From NCBI GenBank assembly GCA_905178155.1, contig CAJINV010000027.1, forward strand, positions 61,697 to 125,696: DNA of 64,000 bases, in the 5' to 3' direction. Every line of letters starts with the position of its first letter. Within the stretch, counting starts at the first letter, position 1. This stretch comes from Amoebophrya sp. A120 (taxonomy: Eukaryota; Protista; Dinoflagellata). A model generated the notes under the pieces. The model did no database searches, was not told the origin of the DNA, and saw nothing but the letters and a program-made list of their open reading frames with translations. A program made the translations under genes and the position numbers. Shown here one piece after another: positions 44,914 through 58,038 of this stretch.

Positions 44914-47651
44914 ATGCTCCGCGGTGATAGGGTTCATCTTCGGAAGCAGGGCGATGCAGTGCCACGACAACTGCCACTGCGTCTACTTCTCCTCGCGGTA
45001 GCTTATTTCGAGTTCGTACCACGATCATGCGGCGCCCACCGTGTGTCCATCGCAGTCGCGCGCGGTTCCCCGGGTGACCGGAATATGGTAAATGAACCAA
45101 CCGTACGAAGTGCAAAAGCATCGTACTAGTATAAATCGCATGACAAATTTTCTCAGCATGAAGAAGAAAATTTGTAATGCGGATTTAACCTGTGAAAAAA
45201 ATTTGTAATGCATGAATGCGATTAGTACGAGTACGATACTTTTGCATATGCATAAACCGAAACAAGAAGCTCTACCGAGGAGCACGTGCTTGACATTGGC
45301 GAGGTTGCGCTTGACGTCGCGACGCCTTCCTATCCATAGTAAATTTCCTGTACACGACGTACAAAGGCTGTCTCTGCATGACAAAATTTGCCTTCAATCT
45401 TAGTCAGCATGACAAGTTTGACATTCAAAGTTAGCGAAGTTTGTGATGCATTTTGTACATCATGTACGCGAAATTTGTATTGCATACCCCCTCCGCAATG
45501 TTTACGGCGGGCTGGTCCTCCACTACCGACCACGAGAGCACAACCGCCAGTACCGCAACGACGCACGTTCCTCCGGAACCTGGGGGCAGCATATCCTGAG
45601 TAAAAACGTCCCCACACCAGAGTCAAGAAGGGAAATCTGCTAGACAAGTCACACAGTTTTGCTTGTTTGGCATGGCAAAGTTGTCCTTGTAGTGTGGTTC
45701 TGTTTACCTAGCTCAGAAGCATCACAGATCTAGCGTAGCATGCTGATCCTAGCATCACAAATCCCAAAACACGAATAGAGAGTGCTTCACTTCATAGGGC
45801 TCCGCATGAGAAACTTTTTATTTTTTGGCATGCAGAATTGCATGACAGCTCTGGGGTGGGGATGTTTTTACACGGGATACAGCACCAACGAACATCACAA
45901 CTTCCAGCAGAATTATTTTTCTGACGCAACTTCAACAGTCGCACACACAGTGCCTGTTCCCGGCACGCAGCAGACGTTTCCCGTCGTTGGCATTGCAGAT
46001 CTGCATACCACTGAGGCCATCACCAGTCCCACACCTACTAGTACTTCAGCAACCACTTCCGCAGCAACGCGAGCATCAACGTCGACTTCCATGTACAGAA
46101 TCGCAAACGCGTGGTCAACAGCAGCGCAAGGACTTAGAAGAAGCACAGCACGACCTGAAATTTCGGATCCAGAACAACCATCGACTTCTCACGGATCGCA
46201 TAACCCTAGCAGCGGTGATGCCCCCCCAAGAACGAACGTCGTCCAACAGGTCGTGATTGGGCGCCCGGCGGGTAGTAGTACTGCAGCAGCAAATGGAGCT
46301 ACAACATCAGACAGGCCTGATTTTGTCTGGAGGGGAAATAGGCCTTCGATACTGTCGCCGAACCCGCTGCGCGACTTTGTCGTTGGGAGACCCCAACTTA
46401 GTCACCGGGATCCCCGACACTTTTTCCGCGTTTGCGGGTGGCGTTGCGGCACCAGCAGACGGGGTGCTGCTGGAGGTTCGTACGATTCTGGCGCTGGCCC
46501 ATCGAGTGGCGGAAACCCCGGCATGAACGGACGAGAAGCAGGGGCAGGAGGTTTGCACCAGCCCGAAACCTGGGTCCCGGGCCAGCCAGCGAGCTCCAAC
46601 GCACGAGCGGCCGCTCCACAAGACTTTCAACCCGGGACGGTTTCTGGAGGCGTCCCAAACGCCTTGGCGCAGCGAGATTTGGAGCGAAACCGATTTTCAC
46701 CGCCCAGAAATAGAACGTTCGGGGTGTCGGTGGATGCGGACAGCGTCATGGTATGACTTGCAAAGACATTGTATATAGTTGAACTGATTGCACTCATGCT
46801 CATGCATAGAAAATTTCTTCCTTAAACTGAATCTGCATGACATTTTTCATTTGTCATGCTGAAGAAATCTGTCATGTGAAGATTTCTGCTTAGTGCGATA
46901 GTTTTGATGCAATGCATACCCGGTGCGTCGAAACCATTTTATCGGCGAGGATATTCGGACGGTTCCTAACTGCTGTGTCGGAAGAAAAAACCGCTTCGCT
47001 GGAGGTTTGTCATGCATGAAATGCAACACAGACCACGCATTTGTCTCGCTACACAGGCAAGACCACTGGTTGTCAAGCGTGTTGTTTCTTCTACTTGGAA
47101 AGTAGCACGCATGGCAGTTATGTGTTGTAACTTGTTGTAAAGCAAAACTTGCAAAAGCAAAATGAAAATCTCCTTTCAGCGAAACATTATTTTTTTCTTA
47201 CGATATACTGCGCCACGACTCCAAACAGCCTGTGGTGTTGCTGGAGCTCTTGGCGTACGCGTTGCAAAAGTATCATCTTTGTTTGCTAGTACGTAATTTT
47301 TGCACGACAAATTCTGTGCAGAGCAGTTTACAACGTAGTTTGCTGATTGACGTTACAGATGAAATTTGTCATGCTAACGTGATCTTCATTCCACTTACAT
47401 CACGGGCACATCTACAACGGAGGATACTTTTGCACAGGATATCTCTGTGGTGCTGCATCCCAGGCGTCTATTCAGTGAACGGGGCCGACTCAATGCACGA
47501 TCCTTTTTCGAGCCTTTTCTTTTTTGACTTTTTGAAGGTATTCAACTTAGCAGCGTTTTTTCTGTGCTTTATTCTCTTCGGCATCCTGTGCGCATTTTCG
47601 GAGTCTTTTCGAAGCACGTTTTTCGGGGGGAGCGATACGTATTACAGCTAA
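44914..47651 (+). CDS. ~509-aa Thr/Ser/Pro-rich protein with N-terminal hydrophobic stretch, Cys-Cys motifs and a C-terminal TM-like segment; 7 exons
   Basis: Exons 44914-45103, 45260-45330, 45492-45591, 45885-46751, 46924-46975, 47211-47255, 47447-47651 total 1,530 nt; all six joins are in frame. Start could be ATG 45084. Confidence 0.78.
45104..45254. mobile_element. family B introner
   Basis: TIRs; perfect DR aaccg. Confidence 0.9.
45331..45486. mobile_element. family J introner
   Basis: aaatttcctgtacacgacgtacaaa / tttgtacatcatgtacgcgaaattt; DR cttcc/ccccc. Confidence 0.8.
45592..45879. mobile_element. family C introner
   Basis: TIRs; perfect DR cagca. Confidence 0.93.
46752..46918. mobile_element. 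degenerate family B-like introner
   Basis: tatgacttgcaaag / tgcaatgcata; DR catgg/cccgg. Confidence 0.7.
46976..47205. mobile_element. family K introner
   Basis: tgtcggaagaaaaaa...ttcgctg / cagcgaa...ttttttcttacgata; DR tgctg/tactg. Confidence 0.75.
47256..47441. mobile_element. degenerate family B introner
   Basis: tgcaaaagtatc / gatacttttgcacaggata; DR eroded, but removal with 5 nt is in frame. Confidence 0.75.
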
Positions 47652-49081
47652 ATGCAAATTTTTTTATGTAGTTGTTAAAAAAATGAACTGGGCAAATGAT
47701 GTAGATGGATCGCGTATTAGCAATTTCATGTTTCTCGTCCGCAGTTGGTTTTGGTTCATCTCCAAGAAATGTCTGCGAAAAATCGGTCGATCATTTGATA
47801 GCATCCCAGAGAATGTTTCCTCCCACACAGATGATGCAGTGACAGTGTGGATGTAGCAGAAGATTTGGATTTGCGTTTCTTCTTGCACCAAAGCACCGCC
47901 AAGCAAAATGAATTCAACGTAAATGTTGAAAAGATGATCCCATCCGTTCAGAGTTTGACCGCATACACAGGTTCAAATGGGCAGTTTGCCTGTCCAAAAA
48001 TCGCTAGCTCCCCCCGCCAGAGGTAAGTTTTCGAAAAATAAAGTTTAGTTTTCGAACAAGAGCTGCAGAGATCATGAAAAATCTACTAGCGATCTGAAGT
48101 TCTACCGTCTTCCTGCATTCCGCTGTGCCTGGTGTCGCGGAAAAGTTCTTTCCAATTCACAAATTTTGGATCCGTGCGAAGATGATGAAGATCCTGATCC
48201 GTGTGAAGATCCCTCGGTCGATCGGTAAAAAAATCAAACGTTGACGAAATCCATTCAAATTCTTTTCGTTCCCGCAAGTTCTTTTTCGTGAAAAAAATCG
48301 GAAATAATTCGACCAGCTCGTCAGCCTAGTCCACGAGCAGTATGATAGATACACCTCTCGTGATACACTTCTACCAAAAAACGAAACAGTAGATTGAATT
48401 TGCACGCAAGCGAGCAGAGTCTGCTAGTTCTTTTAGTGGGTGATAAAGTATAGTAAAGTAGAAGTTCCGATCGTGGTAGTATAGTATAGTAGAATTCCGT
48501 GGCTTTTCTCCGAGAAGTGTTCTCCTTCTACGTAGGCCACTTATTGTTCCACCCCTAAAGATTCATTTTACGACGTAGACGCGAACAAGTGTAGTGCGTC
48601 TGCGTCGCCCCAAAAATCTTCCTCTAGTGCGTCGTGTGTGCCGCATTATCATCCCCTTAAGCCTAAAAAAACGTTTTCATTTCTTTCGACTGCGATATTA
48701 AAGTTAAGTCAGAAGGTCGCGGTCCTCAGGGGAACGCCTTACGTCGAATCATTATTTTATTCCCACCTTCATCTAGAATTCCATCTGCAGGGCGCAGTAT
48801 GAATCAATATTTTTCCATCGAGAAGAATTTCTTCACCTATTGTACCGTCAAAAACATAAGAGTAAAGACAAGTAGATAATCCAAATTCCATTATAATTCA
48901 GAAAACAATCCGACACCTACTACAAGGAGTTTGCAATGGTCCCCCCACCAAAAACGGAGGTGCTTTTTTTTCTTGTAGCTTGCACACGTACAACAACTGA
49001 GGTGAAAATGACCAGGAATAGTACTACATCATAGTCAGAACTTCCGGTGGAGGTGGTCTTGCTGCGTTATACGACTGCCCT

Positions 49082-52000
49082 ATGAAGAACTCTGACGAGA
49101 TGGAGTTCTTGCGACGGCAGAAGTTTTCTCCCCATCGAAGGTCGTTCCTCAGCACGGAGAACTTTTCACGACCGAGGCAGCGGGAAGTCCCGCTACATTC
49201 CGCATTTTCGAAAACCTCTGTGCAGTGTTTTCTGCTGCTTCTGCTACCGCTTTTTTCCTCCACGACCTTCACACTGGGACTTCGATATCAAGCAGGTATA
49301 ATATCACCTACTTCATCGTCCTCGACGTCCACAAGCTCTTGCAAGAATAGCACGACCAGCACTTCTTCTGGGCAAGGAAGATGGAAACAAAGTGGGAAAT
49401 CTGGTTTTGAAGAGGGAGGCGAGGAGGCTGCGAAAAAGGTGGAGAGCAGCGGTGAAGGAGATAGAGCTCTTGGTCTTGTACCAAAAACCGACGACCTCAA
49501 GCAGGGCGTGGTTCTACTTTCAACGCAAGAGGATGTTGTAGTACAGCCACCGCGACCAGCGCCATCAACAGAAGCAGACCAGCATGTCGAGGGCAACATT
49601 AGTGGCCCGCCGCCACCAACTGCAGTGGTAGAAGCTGCCGCTGCTGCCGCCCGGCCGAGGCCGAGCCGAGAGACGGAGCAGAAGCATGTGTTGTCGAGCA
49701 CCGGGAGCGGAGGTCTGCGGGTGGAGTTTGCGGCCAGTAGTACAACAGCTTCTACCTCCAGTGGTGGTCCTGCACCACCGCCGGGAGGTCCTGCCACAAC
49801 TACTTTGCATCAGGATCATGTTCTTCACCCTGATCCTTTGGCCGCCCCCAGTTCTTTCGTCGACGAGTCGAAGCCCACGTGCGAGATCCACTTCACCTTG
49901 CACCAGAACAGCAGGCAGCAATACTACGGAGTTGTAGACCACGAAGATGTAGAGAGCCAGCACGGCGTACAGCACGACGGTGCGTTGCTGTTGCAGGGTG
50001 AGGATTTCGGGTCTCGAGGGACGACGTTGCAAGATGAACCACGTAGTAGCAGCTTTCATTTGACCAGTACGACGGGTTCTACTTGGGCTGAAAAAGTGCA
50101 GCGAAGTGTGGAAGCGCGTAGCAAAGACGTCAGCGGCACGAACCGTGATTATAAGCTTCGGAAATTCTATATGGAAGCGTCAGGTTTGAAATCACCAAAG
50201 TGGAAATAATTTGTCATGCATAAAATGGATGTCAGTTGTGACCCAGTTTCCAAGTGGCGCATGACAAATTTGGGTCAAACCGAAATCGAGTTTGTCATGC
50301 TGTTTGGGTGAGGAAGACGCCTTTTGTCATGCTATTTTAGCACCTCTATTTCTCCCCCTCAGTAGGCTTACAATCTGCCTCCCTTGCCTACTCTGCAAGA
50401 CAGGCATTTTGTGGGTTGCATTTTATGCATCACAAACTATAATTTCAACTTTGACGATTTCAAACCTGACGCTTCCATATTCTACCTTCTCAAGGCTGTG
50501 GACGCGAACACCATTGCAGTAAAATTTTCCTGGCCTGCTGATGCAGAAGTAGTAGGTGAACAACAAATGGAAGATGAAACAGCGACGGGGTGCTGGGGTA
50601 AAAAAGCTTCCCTCTGCCCCGCTGAAAGAGCGTTCTGGGGCGGTCGTCAAAGAAGGCACTGGGCCAACCAAGTTCGCGCCAAGATGACGCTGGACGATTG
50701 GCGGCGCCTATTTTTCCCCGATTTTGAGAGCGGCCAGGCAGGGTATGCGTTTCAGGTCTTCGCACCATCGGGGAAGAATGCTGGCGAAGGTGTTGTAGGT
50801 CCTTTCGCGGTGCTGGACCCGTCAAAGACGATTGCAGGCGATTTGTGCCGCGATCACGGCGGGACGAGGACAACCAGAACTTCGCATCGTGCTACAGATC
50901 ATTCTGGCCCATCACAAGGGGGTGGGCCCCAACAACATCATGCTGACCACGAGTCGTCCGTCGTTGTCCACGTCAGTGTTACCCGAATCGTCGCGCCCCT
51001 GTGGGCGCTTGCGCGGGACACGGAGACGCGCATCAGATATTGAGAGGAAAAATCCCTCCTCCCCATTCCAGAACGGGATACTTCTCAAAATTTGTCATGC
51101 TGATTTGAGGTCACAAATCGTCTCTGTATTGCAAGAAGACAAATAAAAAAACCCCGCCGCGTTATGCAGGCAATTTGTAACGCTGTCTGGCCTACAGAGA
51201 ATATCCCTACCTTGCTAGGCGCCTACACCAAAACATCCCTAATCCGGCTTTGTATCTGTCTGCAGTCCTCTATTGCAAGACAGAGCCGATTTGTGTACAC
51301 AAATCCCGCATCACAGATTTCCATTTCGATATGGGGTGGGGGGATTTTTCCTTTTGATATCAGAACGCAAGAATTTGCACTGGAGCCGGCTTTTCTGCGA
51401 GCGCCCCGGCTTCGACCGTATGAATCGCTGTATTACCGGGCTGGGAGCATGGTTCGCTTCAGTGCAGCCGACAAGAGCGGGTCGTGGCACCACGATGAGA
51501 TGCAGTCACGGTGGGGAAATACTATTAAAATGGCAGCAGATGGGCGCAATGCGATGGGGCAAGAGATGTACCGTCTGACCGCACTCCTGTACGTGCAATG
51601 GGGCAAGAGATGTGCTACCAGCAGGGACGAGAAGAGCCGCGGTGTAGCTCTTACTGCAGAAACTACGCTCAGCTACAGTGACGAGCTTTATTGGCGCCTT
51701 GCGTTGAACATAGCGGCCGTTCTCGGCATCCCGTGGAAAGACGGCCTTCCGGCGTTGTCCCCTTGTGAGGTGCCCAGCAGCTCGGTGGACCTCCACCTGC
51801 GACAGAGACCCGGCTTGCTCCAGCAGAGTAATAGCAGATCTGATGAAGAGTCCACCGGTGACAACGGCGAAGAAGAATCTTCTGCCGCGTTGACATCCGG
51901 TGTGGTTGCGTCCGAGCTCCCAGCCTTTGGCGAGCCTGCATTTTTGTCCGTGGAGCGTCAGTTGGAAGCGCTGGACTTCGATGCCTACACCAGTTTCTAT

Positions 52001-55000
52001 GCAAAACGAAAAGACCACGAGCAGCACGATTTCTATCGCAAGACGAGTATGAAGACCCCAGTGTCTACAAATACTAATGTCGATGTCCGGGACAGAATAG
52101 CTCGTGGCTTCCAGCGCTTCTGGAAGGCGGACTGTATGCTGAGGCTCGCCTTCCTCATGGAAGAACTGACGGGGAAAGAGGTATTTGCCGCGCACTGTGA
52201 TTGGGCCCCGCCGCAGCACGCCCCGCCGCACACGCATTGGGAAACGCACGAAAAGACGATTCGCCGAGACCACATGCGGCGACAGCAAATCGGCGGTGGT
52301 GTCACGTTTTTGTTTGATGCCGAGAAAAGCTTGCTCGATGCTGGAAAGCTGAAGCTCGTTGGCCTGGACTTTGTGGCGGCAAACCCCCGGGAAACAACTC
52401 TCGCTGCCTCTGCCATTTTGTTGCGGTTGGCGGGTTTTGTTAATGAAGGTCCACGAGCTGCAATAGGGCATAATCCTGCTGGAGGCTTTGGCGTCGCTGC
52501 TGCAACTGCATCTTCGCCCTGCATGGCAAGTTGTACCGCGACAAGAACTCCTGCATCGAGCGCAGCTAGTACTACGAGTTGTAGTGCGCTGATCGTGCCA
52601 CCACCTGCGTTACCAGGACCTGCAGATTTTATTGCGCAGCTGGCGCCACCGCCGTCTGCCATACCGCGACCTGCAAATAATGATCCTGCTGCGGGGGCAG
52701 CATCTTCGTCCATAGCAGGTGGGCAATCACCAGCACCGATCCAATTGCCGCCCGCATCAACACTTGTGGTGTCCTCTGGGAACGGACAGCAGGACGGAGC
52801 GCTACAAACTTCAACATTTTTGACTAAAACTAGTACAAACAAGGGTCCGCACCAGCAATCGGGGCAGAAGCCCAGGGCGTCGAAACCACTACAGAAAGAC
52901 CCCATGATTCTTGGCCCTCCGCACGTCGCGGCCCCTCGTCGTCTTCCGGGTATAATTGTAGCAGGCCATGCGACAGCGACTTCTACACCCGCGGAGAAAA
53001 CATCAACCCCAGCAAGAAGTGGTCCCACGACTACCGTCCCGCCCCAGTCGCAAATTGTCTGCGAAGATTTCGACAGCGTTTGGGAGCTGATTCGAAGAAG
53101 CCCTGCGGCCTTGGAGTACGCCAGCGAAGGTTGCCGCGATAGCTTCTATCTGGTGCTGGAGGCCGTGCGGTTTGAGGAAGTTGATTTTCCTAAAGCTGCA
53201 ACCGTGGTTCTTGCGGAAAATAAAGACAACCAGGAAATAAATTCATCTTCTTCCCGTGTTAAGATTTATATTCCGGGGCTGCTCCGGTTTGCTTCCTCCC
53301 GGTTACAGGACCACGGGGATATCGTTTTCCCCGCAGTGAGACGCGTGGCGCACAACTTGCGGTTTGCTTCTCCCCGACTACAGGACGACAGAGACCTGGC
53401 AGCGATCGCCGTCGAAGCTTCTGGCGTTTTATTGGAATTTGCTTCCGAGTATGCATTGCAAAAGTACCGTACGAGTACAAATTGCATTACAAATTCGCCC
53501 TGCATTACGAATTATGAATTTGTAATGGTGATTTACCTTGGCAAAGAGATTTGTAATGCATAAATGCAATTACTATGAGTACGATACTTTTGCAATCCAT
53601 TCCGAGCGCCTGCGGGGGGACCGGGATCTCGTCCGCTTGGCGATTGACAGCGAAATAGTAGTGTTGAACAACGCAGTTGCAACAGCTGCTCGTCCTCCAC
53701 CTGAGCGCACGACAGGAACTACTGGCGACTGCACCGTGATGAGTTTTGCAGCGTCAAATCTGCGGGCGGACCGCGAGCTGGGGTTCGCTGCGGTACGAAA
53801 ATGTGGAAGGGCTTTGCAGTTTCTTGCCTCCGCATTACGCGATGATGATACACTTTGCCATGAAGCGATCGCACAAGACGCTACCGCCCTCGAGTTTTCG
53901 TCGGACCGCTTTCGCGAGAGTTATCAGGAATCACGGCGGCAACTGGATGTTCTCTTTTGGACCGTCACCGGGGTTGCGATCTTTTTGGGCACAGGTCTTG
54001 TTGTGCTGGCGGTGATTATGATCTTTTATTCTCATCTCGGGGCGGTTGTACTGTGGTGGCTGCAGTGTAGAAATAACGGAGATGTTGCGAAAGATGAAGA
54101 AGAGGCCGATCTGATGGCCAATGATGGAGACCTGCTAGTACTCGGTACTGCAACCGGCAGCGCGCCACGACTGCACGACGCGGTACCAAATGATGGCGCT
54201 TCGACAGGGACTTCTAGTGGTTCGGGACCACCTTCAGGCAAAATCAGATTCGACGTGAAGCAGCGCCGGTTTGTTCGGGTACAGGAAATAAGGGGTTGTT
54301 CTCACGGTGTTGTCCCGGCGCGGAAAAAAAGAGATCGCGCTGATCATGTTCTACACGGCCACCAGGAGGCTCCTGGACAACTTTCCAGCAAGGTAGAAAT
54401 AACGGGACCGCAAATAATAAAAAGCCGTGCACAGTACGGTAGCACGCAAGCATCTCCGCAAGCAGCAGACAGGGCACCAGCCGCCGCTATGGACCGCTCC
54501 GCAGCTGTTCCAGCCGCCACTATGGACCGCTCCGCAGCTGTTCCAGACGAAACAAAAATCTTCACGCCGGGCGGCAACAAGGGCCCTCCTATTTGTTCTC
54601 AAAAGCCGCGGCCGGCGCCGCCGGCACAAGCCTTCCGGACGGTCGAGGGCGCGCCCGCACGGGTGCGTGTGTACGAAGCAGCAGAGTCGAACGAGGAAGG
54701 AAGAGTGAAGCAGGGGCGCTGCTTCGTTATCAACGTGGAGCAAAAGGACGCTGCCGTCGTGGGAGTACCAGCTGCAACAGCAGCAGCAGGCCAGAAGATG
54801 ATGTTAATAAAGCAGCCACTGCAAGAGGCCCCCGCAGAGGGGCAGCCGCAGGAAAAACTCGCTATTGCCCCCGCCTCCCCCTATTGGCAAGCAGGAGCAG
54901 GAGCTGCTTGTGCTCCGGCGCAATTTTTCTACCGCGAGCAATATGGATTGCAAAAATGTCTGGGTCTGGAAGAGTGGAGCTTGTAATGCTGTCTGCGGAT

Positions 55001-58000
55001 TCTAAAAATATCTGTGTTGCATGACGAGCAGCAAGAGAAGTCAGTTCTTGGTAGGCGGAGAGGGCATTTCTGATGCGTAATTAGCATCAAGAAGCTCTCA
55101 AGAAATCTGTGATGCTAGCACCAGCATCACAGACCTCACGGGTCATGCAAAATGTGCATGACAAGTCCCAACTCTTCCAGACCCAGACATTTTTGCAGTT
55201 GATAAACAACAAGAAATATGAACTGCAAAAGTATCGTACTCGTATAAATGCATTACAAATTCCCTCAGCATGAGAAATAAAATTTGTAATGCAGATTTGC
55301 CTTGGAAACAAGATTTGTAATGCAAGACTTGCATTTGTACGAGTACGATACTTTTGCACAGGATAAGAAAATATACCCAGGAAAACAGCCCTCACCGTCA
55401 CGTTGCCCGAGGACTCTGAGTATCAAATGTAAAAATGTCTGGGTCTGGAAGAGTCCAAACTTGTGATGCGGTCTCTGGATTCGAAAAAGATTTGTATTGC
55501 ATGACCAGCAAGAGGAGTAGATATCGTGCTCCGCGGAGATGGCATTTGTCATGCGGAATAGGCATGAGGAAGCGCTCTAAAAATCTGTGATGCTACGGCA
55601 TGCATCACAGACATCATGGGTCATGGAAAATATGCATGAGAAATCTAGAAATCTTCCAGAACCAGACATTTTTACATTTGATACTGAGTCTGCGGTGAAA
55701 GACACACTACATCGGACAAGTAACATTTCTAGCAGAGAACAACCTTGCTCCGACCAGGTAGCGCTTAACGATCACTTCATTGCCAAGATGGGCCTTGACA
55801 AAGCTGGAGGCGTTTTTCCGCTGCTGCCTTGGCACGAGGGAGTGGATAGTACGCCGTGTGGTTCTGGATTTAATATGTTAGGCCCCCCATGGTGCGAGAT
55901 GCACGCGGAAGGAGATGATCTTCGCGATGTCCACCTTTATGCGGACGCTACGTGTGGTTCTGGATTTAATAATATGTTATGCCTTGGACGGGCGTTAGCA
56001 TACAGAAGGGTGAATCTGCAGTGAATTTGTATTGCGTGGCAATGCATGAGCTAATCACGTGCATGCGAAGAACACGTGGAAAACAAGCAGCCAGTGCGCC
56101 GTGTTGATGGGCTGCTTGGCTGGTGACGCTGCCCTCCTGTGGACGCTTGCCGCTTGTTGCCCAAAGAGGCGCACCTGGTGGACTGCGAAGCAACACAGGT
56201 GGCTTGTGTCGCCGGTATTACATCACAATACTTCATGTTGGTCCTCAGACTCGATGGTGGCGGATCGATAGGGAGGGCCATGCCTGGAAAGGGGGGCAGG
56301 GGCAGTAGCTCAATATCTCAAAATAGAGAAGTCGCGTCACGGGTCGTTGCTGTCTCGGCTTGAACATCTGGAGACGCGTTGCAATGGATGCTAGCATCGC
56401 CTGCTTTGCTCTGTAACTTCGTCCCAGCTGTGTTCCTGCCCCATCTTGGTCGGGTCCTCTAGTCTTCTTTGACGTGACCCCCAGGTCAGGAATTTTCTTG
56501 GTGAATTTTGGGGCTTTTTGTTTTGGCGAAACTTTTTTGAAGCACCACAACCCGGAGTTTCTCGTGCGTTAGCGAATTTTGAATAGGCACCTTGGGCCAA
56601 AATCCACCCACGGCTTTTTCAATATTCACCCCAAAATTCACCGGGCGCCCATTTTCGACCGTGATAAGCAAACTTTAGCGCAGAAAAGTGCTCAAAAACG
56701 TGCACAGGTAGGCCCTGGGAAGTGGGGCCGGGGGGTAAAGACAGGCGCCCTCTGCTGCCCTCAGCCCGTCTATATTCTGCCGAAAAGGCCTGGAGAGTTC
56801 ACGCACCTGCCGGATAGACGCGTCAAAGCTCTCGGCCTGGTCCTTTCACCCTTGCTCTCGCGCCTTCATCTTGCCTAAACTGTATGTGCTTCGCGGCTCT
56901 TGTTTTTGGCGTCTTTGCCACGGCTGCTGCAGTGCCTGCTCTTTTGCAAGCACAGGAAGACGAAAAGACATGGCCAAAGAACGACGCCCAGGCCATGTCC
57001 AGCTGCCTGCCGCATGGCCGGCGAGTTCTGCGGTGTGCAGAACGCTCTTCCCAGAAGGGCGAGAGGGACAATGTCCCGGCAGTCTCCTCTGCTATTTGTC
57101 ATGCAAAATTCACTAGAGATTCGCCACGTCGCATGCTAGCGCGTGTTAAAGCTCTAAATAATATGTTAGGCCCCCCATGCGTATCAAATGTAAAAATGTC
57201 TGGGTCTGGAAGGATCCGAACTTGTGATGCGCATTTTCGAACACAGAAAAATCTCTCATGCATAGGTAGCAAAAGCTGCTCAATTCTGTCACCAAAATGG
57301 GCGATTTCTCATGCAGGTTCGGCATTGCGGAGGCCTCTCGAAACCTGTGATGCTAGACCGCCCATGCCAGACCTTCTGACTCATGCAAAAACAGCATGAA
57401 TCTTCCAGACCCAGACATTTTTCCATTTGATACTGCGAGATGAACGCGGAAGGAGATGATCTTCACGATGTTCTTATCCTGAGTAAAAACGTACCCACAC
57501 CAGAGTCAGGATGGGGATTTTGCAACACAAACCTAGGAGTTTTAGGAGTCACGCATGACAAGTTTCAGTCCGTAAGGTAGTGCAAGTTAGCAAGGAAAGC
57601 CGCATCACAAATCGACCTTCTGATCCTGTTTACAGCATTACAAGTTCCCAAACACGATTGAAAATACCTGTCATGGGGTTGCGCATCACAAATGTTCCTG
57701 TCATGGCAAATCTGCATGACAACTCTGGGGTGGGGACGTTTTTACACAGGATAGTTCTCTATGCGGACGCTACGGCGCCAGCATTCAGCTGGCCTGGCGC
57801 TGAGGTCTCTAGTACTGCTGCTGTTGTTGGTCCACACGGGGGTGCAGCAGGTGGTCCTTATTTCGCAGCGCCAGAAGCTGAGGGCCACGACGGCCAAAAA
57901 ACTACCGTAATCCGCCCTCCCCCAATAGCAGCGCACGACTACGCCTCGTCTGGATCATCCTCGTTTGCGCCCCCGCAAACCGCAAAGGAGTGGGAGAGCC

Positions 58001-58038
58001 TGCAAATCATGCGCGGCTACCAGGGGCCAGGGGTATGA
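49082..58038 (+). CDS. ~1,912-aa signal-peptide/single-TM protein with DUF4116-like repeats; 10 exons
   Basis: Exons 49082-50169, 50485-51037, 51365-53449, 53607-54941, 55210-55216, 55371-55420, 55689-55979, 57169-57181, 57438-57474, 57759-58038 total 5,739 nt in frame. Repeats ALEYAS / LRFASPRLQDDRDL / LEFASERLRGDRDLV / ALQFLASALRDD; TM-like LFWTVTGVAIFLGTGLVVLAVIMIFY. If 55980-57168 is not spliced the CDS stops at 56024. Confidence 0.8.
50170..50479. mobile_element. family D introner
   Basis: Perfect TIR tatggaagcgtcaggtttgaaatc; perfect DR ttcta. Confidence 0.95.
51038..51359. mobile_element. family G introner
   Basis: TIRs; perfect DR tcaga. Confidence 0.93.
53450..53601. mobile_element. 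family B introner
   Basis: TIRs; perfect DR ccgag. Confidence 0.92.
54942..55204. mobile_element. family A introner
   Basis: TIRs; DR agcaa/aacaa. Confidence 0.92.
55217..55365. mobile_element. family B introner
   Basis: TIRs; perfect DR agaaa. Confidence 0.93.
55421..55683. mobile_element. family A introner
   Basis: TIRs; perfect DR ctgag. Confidence 0.94.
55855..55979 (+). repeat. ~96-bp coding tandem repeat (CGSGFNMLGPPWCEMHAEGDDLRDVHLYADAT); second unit interrupted by three insertions
   Basis: cgtgtggttctggatttaat at 55855 and 55951; the second unit resumes at 57169, 57438 and 57759. Confidence 0.85.
55980..57156. mobile_element. ~1.18-kb insertion with degenerate ~55-bp TIRs and a 12-bp flanking direct repeat
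   Basis: aataatatgtta at 55968-55979 and 57157-57168; left gcgttagcat...gaatctgcagtgaattt pairs with right aaattcactagagattc...atgctagcgc. Confidence 0.8.
57182..57432. mobile_element. family A introner
   Basis: TIRs; DR atgcg/ctgcg. Confidence 0.92.
57475..57753. mobile_element. family C introner
   Basis: TIRs; perfect DR gttct. Confidence 0.95.

Noticed and set aside
22134-57399. Many short ORFs sharing CMT/LVML/FQTQTF/KNVPTP peptides as a protein family
   Set aside because: They are translations of the repeated introner DNA.
56884-57399. Secreted protein ORF with a signal-like N-terminus
   Set aside because: It starts inside the 1.18-kb insertion and ends inside an introner; probably fortuitous.
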